A DNA stretch of 64,000 nt from Chrysomallon squamiferum (taxonomy: Eukaryota > Animalia > Mollusca). Of this stretch, positions 54,555 to 64,000 are shown piece by piece (the first letter of the stretch is position 1; each line of letters begins with the position of its first letter). The notes beneath the pieces are model-generated. The model was not told the origin of the DNA. It saw only the letters and a program-made list of their open reading frames with translations, and made no database searches. The stretch is taken from the NCBI GenBank assembly GCA_012295275.1, contig CM022671.1, positions 18,352,001-18,416,000 of the forward strand. Direction: 5' to 3'. A program made the translations under genes and the position numbers.

Positions 54555-57500
54555 GTACATACATGTGTGTGTGTACATAAATATGTACATATATTCATAC
54601 ATGTATCCATAGATATACATAAAATACATACATAAATATATACATAGATATATACATACATACATACCTAAATATATACATACATTATATACATACATAG
54701 AGACAAATTCATACACACAAATATCAAACCACCCCCCACCGTGAAAGCTCACATTTATTGTGATTGCCCTAACAGAAGAGATACAAACATTTTATGTGGC
54801 TCGCTATTGAACTGATTGGGTCAAATTGCTTCTTTCCAGACGGCGAATATTTCACCGTGTGAGCTTTTATCTGATTTTTGGGGATGTCGGTTTTGGAATG
54901 TTGATTAAGCATCCATTTCAAATCTCGTTTCCAGCTGATAGCTGCAACAGCTGAATAGCAATCGGCTTCTGGCTCAGTGCGTTGTCAGTCGTTTTTCTGT
55001 TTGTCCAGAGCAGCAAATTACACTTTCATGGCCTGATGTATATGTATTGCCATTATCAAATGTTGCCAGCGACGTAGGGCTAAATTTAAATATGGCTTAT
55101 TTGTCGGTAGCAAGTTTTTTTTGTCGGAAATGGTTTTTTATTGTTAACCTATTGCCCTATATTCTGTTACAGACACACCCTGAAATTTTTTTTTTTTTTT
55201 TTTTTTTGGTTTTAATGGGTTGAAGTCATTAGTAGCACGATTCCTTTGTTGTTTGTTATTTAATGGTTCAGCTGTCTTTGATAAAGATCAGGGTTTATGT
55301 TATTATTAGTATTAGTATTACTCATTACTACTGTTGTTGTTGTTGTCATATATATTCAGATGACTTAAGAATAAATATTGTTGTTTACTGTTTAATAGTG
55401 TTGATAAAGAGATTATTGTTATTTTTATTACAATTATTATTATTATTTTTCCTATTGTTGTTATTATTTACATGTAATGCATCATGGTAATAACAATAAT
55501 TTAATCTATCCAGGTTTTTTCTTTTTTTTTCTGTAATTTCATTAAGCCTTGGTTTCCGATTTGTCAAATATTAAATAATATATCTCAGAAAACCAGTCTG
55601 TTTTCCTGACCTACATTCTGTTGACTTATTGAGTGAACATGTTCTCAAATAAACACAATGACTTTGAAATAAGGATTTGAAAAAAAAAAAATAAAAATAA
55701 TAATAATTAAATATTAAAACCTGAATTATAAGAAAGATACTTAATACTGACTTGGATATTTGAAAGAAACCTTTTTAAAATGTTTTAACATCAAATTATT
55801 AATTTATTTCTTAAAGTACAATTATACCTGTGTTTTAGAAGAAGAAAAAAACATTCTCATCGTGGTTTGATAAAAAATGCATTTCACTGTACACAGGTGC
55901 AGTACATCGGAGTCAACATGGGCAACAGGGAGATAACACATTTATTATTCAGCTGTGTGATAAAAAGTTAATCGCTGCTTTTGAATGCTAATGAAGTCTT
56001 GTGAGTAGTTCAGAAATTGTCTGTAATCAAGAAATTCATTACCTCTTTAATGATGATAAGAGAATTTATGGCTGGACAGCAATTGCTTAGCAAAAGGGTT
56101 GTAAAGTTTATGTGTGGCTCTATAACACTGACCATAAGTCATAATGGTTGACTGTATCTTTGAGTGCTTCATAAAACAGTGTCTTGTACTGTTATTGTCA
56201 CCGACCTCGTTCAGCTGATGAAGAGGTAGATGTGTTTCTCTGCATATGTCACATATGTTTGCATCTATTTGTACATACATACTGGTGTGTGTATACATAC
56301 ACATGTGGAAACATGTATTCTCTCTTTCACACACAAACAGAAATACAATTTCACAAACACATATACACAAAACATTAACATTACACACATTCATAGACAT
56401 GCATATATCCAAATATTATATTACACCTATTCATATATACACATATGTATATGGTTAATCTTGTCCACACATCACATTACACACACATACAAACATCTAT
56501 ATGCTTCCTCACCTCTTTATATAAAACAGTAGAAATCTGATATGTGATATTATTGCACATACCTATGAGTATATCTATTCACATACTACTCCATGTGGTG
56601 TTTGTCCAACACGTTATTACAAACAATTGTGTAACTAACGACAACCTCTTTGTACATGATGGCTCCTATCACGTAATCAAATGTTAGGAAAGAATCTCAG
56701 TGAACATTACTACCTGGGTTATTCCTGCAATTAACAGAGATAATTCTTGGTTAGTTGTGCCCGAGCCTATAATGAAACTTTGGTTGGAATGGGAAATATA
56801 ACCATGTACCACTGATTTAATTTGACTTCTTTTAACATATGTATGGTATCTTTATTATTATTTTGTTATTTTATTTTACCACTGAAGTTTGTGTATTCTT
56901 TCTTAGTTCCATTTAACATTATATATGATGTTAAATATATATATATAAAACATCCTTGGTACATGTGTGTTTTTTTTATATATATAAAACATTGTAATTG
57001 TTAGTATTATTTTAATCTAAATTGTTGGTGTTTTTGTTTGTTTCTTTGTTATTTTTTATTTGTTTCTTTGTTATTTTTTATTTATTTATTTTTTTCCTAT
57101 ATTGCTTTACCTTGATATTATTATTATTTTAACCATATACCATTCATATAAATCTTGGCAAGTACTTTATTTATACAAACTAAAATATATACATATATAA
57201 ACATATACTTAATATAATTCAGCATTTCTGAACTAAACTTTCAAGTAAAAGAATTCTTAAGAGGATTTTGTTTACAAAATTCCAAGACATTGATTACAAA
57301 GCAAATTACACCCATCTGACCAATCACCAGCATTGATTTGCGAGCCCAGGGCTGTGTGTTCTAACCTCAGCTCTTACATCATGGCTGGCTGTCACTGTAT
57401 TCTAACAGGCCTTTGCCATGTTTGTGGTTAATTTAGTTACACATGATCTACTTTTTAACTTCCTTCCTCGAATTAGCAGCTGGCTAGCCATAAATCTGTT

Positions 57501-58959
57501 ACCATGGAGCAGATGTTACAGACATTTTGTAAAGGGTATCTGATTTTCTTCTTCTTTTTTTTTTTTTTTTTTTTTGGGGAAAAAGAGGTTTTGTGTGTGG
57601 TTATTTGTTTTAAAAATATTTACTACTAATTTGGGTTCATATTTCTTTTGTGTTTTTTTTTTTGGTTTCTTTTATTTTTGTTTTTTTTGTTTGTAGATAT
57701 TTGTTTATTTATGCTTTGTGTCCTGTAACGAGCAGACATGGTTGATAATGGTAAAAAAGTTTATATAAAACACATAAAACATGTCTACTAATAATACTTA
57801 GTGAAATTAAATATCTGATATATTCATACAATTTAATATCAGTTATATACTGTGCTAAAATACAGTGTTAATTTTATCATGCAGTGTATTCTCTCTTTCT
57901 TTCTTTTCCTCTCTATCTGTGTCTTTTTTCATTCTGTCTCTTTCTCTCCACATCTCTCCACATCTCTCTCTCTCTCTTTCTCTCTCTATTTCTCTTTCTC
58001 TCTTTCTCTTTCTCTCTCTATCTCTCTCTCTCTTTTTTCCACATGCTTTTCTTAGTTTATTTCAACATGGCAGTATTTCTATCAGGCATTTCATAAAGAT
58101 TATAACTACCTTTAACCCCGTCTGTAAGTAAAACAACCTCAAAGGCCTGTAATAAACAACACACCTCAAGTCTTCATTCACCTGCAACACGTTCGCTAAC
58201 AATAAAGTTTATTGCTTTTAAACGTCATTTCATTTTTCTAACAAAGCCAAATAGCTGTATCTTAATTATTCTGCAGGTGGCACTCACAGTATATTATAAA
58301 TTATTGAGTTTCTTCTTCGTTCAACCTTGACCTTGGTGAGGCGAGGCAAGGCAAGGCAGAGCAAGGCAGAGGGGAGGGAATGTAATTTTCAACTAGTTGT
58401 TGTCGTGAGAAGGTGATGTGTTTGAAAGTGGAGAAATGAAAAGGATATAAACTACATATGTAATTATATGTAGACTGCGCTTAATCATTTTGGAGTGCTT
58501 GTCTACCGTTTATTTCTACTTGAAAGTAAATCCCAAAGCAGACTGAGATTTTCAGCTAGCATAACACATAATAATGTTAACTGTTATTATGTGCAAGGCT
58601 GGAGATTACAGACAGTTGTGTCTTTCTGCCAAGATGAAAGGGCTTTTATTTTAGAGAAAAATGTTTAAAATATGTAAATAAGAGCTCCTATTAAAAAAAA
58701 AATATATGTAGATTGGAGCTTTTATTCAAAAAATCTTATTTTTAAAGATATTCAGATGTAAACAGATATACCCACTCATACAAATAAAATAATAAATTGT
58801 TTTTATTAAACTGTGAGTGCCTGTATGTATACAGTTGTCTATTGTGCTTATCTTACAGTCTGCGAAACATACTGACATAAAGAGAAATAATTAAGAAAAC
58901 CTGTTCTTACATATTAATCTGGAAAACTCCTTGATACATACAATTGTATATTCTGCTAA

Positions 58960-59195
58960 TATTGACATCTGAAAAACACACCCACCTTATATTCATAATA
59001 AACAGCTTACATGCATACAACTAATAAATTGTTTTAATATTAGTGTTAATTTGAAAAACACCCACTATGTTACATATATACATGTGTGTATAATTCATAA
59101 CAAACAACAGCTTTAATATTATTAAAACAGAAACACAATTAATAAATTGTTTTAATATTAATGTTAATTTGAAAAACACCCACTATGTTACATAT
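58960..59195. repeat. Degenerate ~118-bp tandem duplication
   Basis: AATAAATTGTTTTAATATTA.TGTTAATTTGAAAAACAC..CCACTATGTTACATAT at ~59023 and ~59141, with a partial earlier copy. Confidence 0.8.
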
Positions 59196-60883
59196 GTATG
59201 TGCGTGTGTACACACACTCGCACACATACATACTGAAAAATAACTGTATAAATACAGTACTAAATTAGATAAAACATTATGATAACATAATTTTGAATAA
59301 TCTGTAAGTGTTTTTGTGTCTGTCTGTGTGTGTGTGTATGTATATATGCACACATATGCACACATATGCACATATTCACAGTGTTTAGTAGAAGCCAGGC
59401 AGATGGAAAAAGTCGTCTGGATTAGTTAGGTAAACTTTCAACAATGATTTGAGAGTAACAGCAGGTGTGTATTGTTCTGCATCAGAGCTGTAATGTTGAA
59501 TTCCCGCCAGATTAACAGATAGGAAAATAAGGTCATATCCTTGGGCCATTAATATTTAAAGTCTTTGATTTCAGACAAAAAAATATTCAAAATATTCTGC
59601 TAAGTACTGTTAGCAAAGAGCTAAGTATATATTTATGGAGAATATAATAATGTGTGTGTATTAGTGTGTATACAAAGGTTTGCTTATTCCTGATGGTATG
59701 TTGTTGGGGGATAAGGTAAAACAATGTTAAAATGTCAAACTGTCATGTCTACATGATTAATGGATGAGCTATTTTGGATCGTGAATTTATGCTGCATTTT
59801 TTTTTTTTCACCCACGTTAGCCTTAGGCCCTCCTCCCATACATTGTCTGTTTTAATTTTGTACTTATAATATTGTTAGCATTCAGGCCTCAGGTGCGATG
59901 GTTCAAAACTCCGTCACCATACTGTAATTGACATCTTGTTGCTGTTAGCATTAAAATGTAATGATCTGTAGTTAACTATGAGTAATTAATTTAACTGTTC
60001 AGCTTTTCTTTATAATTAACCTAATCTCTTTAATGGCCTTAACCTTGGCCTGTTTATTTATGTGTGGACAAGGTCATACTTTTGTTATGTTTTTAATATT
60101 ATAGTTCTATATCAGAATGATAATATTATTGTACTTTAAAGATGTAATTAAAATCCAAACAAAATGTATATGGATTACAATTAAATAAAAAGAAAAATTC
60201 ACAATTCATCATGTAGTCCAATAAAGTTAAATAAAAACAGAAGATTATTAAAGAATGGATTATGGATTATAGTCTGATCAAACTGAGGGAATTCCTTAAT
60301 ATAGTTTTAAATACAAAGATCTCAGAAAATTAATCTATGAAGTTGAGATGTTTATTATGTACACACACATATATACTAAGGAAGTTTTACTTAACATTTT
60401 CATTTGAAACCATAAGGAATAAACAAACAGTTAATAATAACAACAGTCATCATCATCATTCATGAACATTAACAGTAGAGTTAAATATGATCTGAATACG
60501 AATGTTAACACAAACACACACACACACACTGTTAACAATACATTATAGATTAGTGCAGTTCCGTCTGAAAGTAAAACAAACAGTGGCAAATCTTCTGGAA
60601 CATTACTCCATTATGTTCATGCATCTGGCCTGCATAGCACTACATAGCTTGTTTCAGAGGCTACTGTTAGAATCCAGAAGCTGCAAATAAATGTGACCTC
60701 TCAAACACCTTTTAGTCCAGACCCTGGATTTAATAATTGTTACCATTACACTAGGAAAACGAGCTCAGATAACATAACAACAATTACCAACAGGAAGCCC
60801 AATTGACTGACACTTAAGAGGAGTATACTTCATCAAATTGTAGTGGGAGATTGACAGCATTCTGTTACGTGTGCAGTATATAC

Positions 60884-60925
<42 letters not shown>

Positions 60926-60950
60926 AATATATCTAGAAAATTATACAAAC

Positions 60951-60990
<40 letters not shown>

Positions 60991-63583
60991 CACACTCACA
61001 TAAACAACATACACACACAGTCATAAATTAAATATATATTTTATTCTACCTGTCAGCTATATCCTTTATCTGACACATGAAATGCAAAATACATAAAAAT
61101 TCAGTAAATCATAATCATATAGAAAAACAGTTTAAAAAAAAACTACATTGTCATCACAACTCAATAAAATGTTCTAGTAAATAGCTGGTAATTAAAATCA
61201 GAACAGTAAAAAAAACCCAAAAAAAACAACAACACCACTACCAGGTGCTCAGCAGATAGCTCCCAGCTTTTGAAATATTTCATGCGTTGATAATGACTTT
61301 GTCTCATATTTATTAGTACAACACAGTTTATTGCATTTATCTGTGAATAATCTCTGCAAATAGAACATTTCTTGTTATTCCACAAAAGCGTTATATCTGG
61401 TTTATTGCATCTATCGGACTATCTGGCAATAGGCTTGTTATTGCATTGTGTGTCCACGGGCGATGCAGCCGGATGCTAGTTGGGTGTGTTTGATTATGTT
61501 ATTATGTGGTAGCAAATTATCTTCAGTTGCTCAGATGATGCTGCTGCTGTTGGTATTTCTCTTCTTCTCCCGGAGATGTGAGGTGGCCAATGTGAGGCCG
61601 TAGGTGTTGATGTGGCTGGAGAAATTCCATCTTGCAGCTGTGGTGTCTGTTCCAGACAATTACACTGCGAGTGGAAGAATGGCAGGAATCTCCCATTGTG
61701 AAGGCCTCCAGGGCAGGTAACACTGCTTGTCTCCCACACTGACCTTTGACCTTTGTATCAAACGGGAGGAGAAAACACAAACAGTGCATGTGTCCTACAG
61801 GTGTTATGTGATGCTGAGACATGGAGCCATTTTTTTTGTTATTTTTTTTTTAATCTTCGTTTTGATCTTCTATTAAAATACTGTATTCAGTGAGAAAAGT
61901 TTTATACTAAGAAAAATTATAATTTGTATTACAATATTATATTAAGAGAAAATAAAGAAAAACTATACTTGGTAAGAAAATTTAATTGGTATGGAAGGGT
62001 GTAAGAACTATTAAAAAAAAAAATTTCTCTTCTTTTTACTTATTTTCAAAATACTTTTCCACACCTTAATTTTATTTAGTACCATCTTATACAAGAAGCC
62101 TGTATTGGTGGATGCCATGCCCATTAACAATATATCAGAATTAAAATCACAGACGCTGTATTTTACAACATTTAAGCACCACCCATGTATTCATTTGTCA
62201 TGCGAAACACCGTGTGAAAACACACATCAGTGATTAGGCTCTTCAGAACACTTTCTCCTTTGTGAAAAAAAAGCTTACCTAACAAAAGTAGGAGAGCAAT
62301 TTCCCAATCTCCTTGTTGTTTTTTTTTTTTTTTTTTTTCACAGTAAGAAAATGACAAGACTCTGTATTCCAGCTTAAACATGGATTGTTATATGATGTTA
62401 TAATTTTAACATTTTTTGTAAAAGACCAGTCACATAAATATTGAATCAAGCCCTGACTGTAATAAGAAGATGGATTTTACATCCATATCGGTTCATATCT
62501 TTTCTCTCTGTTGCTGCTGCTAGATAAACCTCAAGATATTTATCTTTGCCATTTTTTTGGACAGTTAACTGAACTGATGCTTCTGAAGCATTTTTATTTG
62601 CGCATTAAAAAAATCTTATAACTGTTTCTGCTTATATTTGTTTTGGCTAAAGGTGATAGGGACTCTGTTTATGCAGAAATGTGGAGAGATTATAGAGATT
62701 CTGCAGGGGATTTTTTTTTTCTCTCCTTTGTTTTTAATGCTGTTGAAAAATGCCATAATATGAGACATGTCAGAGACTTAAGAAAAAAAAAACTCAAAAA
62801 ACAAAAAACAATCTTTGGTGTAAACCAGATGTTTTAATCATATACTGTTTTTGCCCATTCCACCATTAGTGCTCCTTAATTCATTTATCAACTGTTGTGC
62901 TAATGTACCTTATTTCGACTGTTTATGGAAAGGTGCTTAGAAAATATCCCTCGTTGCTAATCGATAAAAATAGCACATATGGATTAGAGGCAGAGCGTTT
63001 TCTTTCTCATATCGTTATTACATAAGCAAATGTGTAATTAAAACCTAATAGCATGTTGCTATTAAAGTGAGTCATGGTATTGTTAAACATTCATTTCATG
63101 TGCCTATAAATGCAGTTGATGCAGACAGCTGTGTGCGCGTGCATGTTCTTGATCTTTCAGAGCAAAATAAACAAGTCAGCCATAAAGAACATTCTCCAAA
63201 GACTTCTCAGTTAATATTTGTTGTCTTAAGATTTTTGTTTTTGTTTTTTTGTTTATATGTGTGTGTTAGGAATGCGAAGCATAATTTTTTTTTTAAATAA
63301 CATGAATGAGTGAGAAAGAATGACACGAAGAAAGAATGAATGAAGTGAAGAAAGATGGAAAGAAAAAAGGAATTTTCGTGTTCAAAAATAAATCGTAGGA
63401 ATGAAGAAAATTGAAAATAAAGTTTATGTTAAAATGGTTTTGAATTGCTTATGCTCATGCATACCATATCAAATACTGGAAAACAAATCAATATCTTTTA
63501 AAAGAAACAAAATTTTCATAGATAGAATTTATATATACACATTATTGTGTGTATGTCATCTATCCATGTACACACACACATAT

Positions 63584-63646
<63 letters not shown>

Positions 63647-63669
63647 CAAGAGTGAGTTTGATCTGTTAA

Positions 63670-63742
63670 CCCCATTAACTCCTGAAATTCAACCGCAGCT
63701 CTCTGTATTTAAGAAACTCGAGAATCATTGGCAGTGATGGGG
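63670..63742. mobile_element. 73-bp piggyBac-type miniature element
   Basis: TTAA-CCCCATTAACTCC ... GGCAGTGATGGGG-TTAA: TTAA duplication on both sides, CCC/GGG termini, imperfect ~13-bp TIR. Confidence 0.6.
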
Positions 63743-64000
63743 TTAATGATTAATAATTTAGCAGAAGGATTATTGGCAGAACCATTCATTATATCCCTAT
63801 TTAGCTTTTAGATTGAATATCATCACGCTTTCATCCTAATGCATTTAGTTTTAATTTCTCTGACTCGACTGCTAAGTTTGCCCAGATGAAAAAAACAACC
63901 ACAAAGCTGTGAGGATGGGCAAACACTTGATAATAACAAAAGTGTGTGTAGTTATTGTATATTCTGGTTTCAGTGAACAGTCTTAACAACAACAACAACA

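Noticed and set aside
62790-62837. KKQKTIFGV resembling the start of Musashi RRM2 (TKKIFVGGL)
   Set aside because: Derived from a poly-A tract, lacks VGGLS and a suitable acceptor, and stops shortly after.

Overview
Eukaryotic (animal) genomic DNA that is AT-rich and packed with microsatellites. The style suggests an invertebrate, possibly a mollusc or cephalopod (inference only). Almost all ORF-track entries are simple-repeat artefacts. The one real protein-coding gene is absent from the ORF track: a + strand Musashi (msi) RNA-binding protein gene. Its first five coding exons (36907-36974, 37132-37172, 38558-38639, 41591-41675, 42384-42425) splice at GT-AG sites into [106 protein letters not shown], a complete RRM1. 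Intron 5 runs more than 21 kb to the window end. In the ~36 kb upstream I recognise no host coding exon. That region holds CpG-rich regulatory-looking islands, two TA-flanked Tc1/mariner-Tigger elements, a local duplication and minisatellites. The most notable observations are: (i) dense clusters of Musashi's own UAG binding motif directly before its start codon and around a candidate stop-containing exon in intron 5, suggesting autoregulation; (ii) seven perfect CRE palindromes and several RFX X-boxes across the locus; (iii) a sharp switch from CpG-rich to CpG-depleted sequence at the start of the gene body; (iv) a 73-bp piggyBac-type mini-element. All regulatory calls are motif-based hypotheses.
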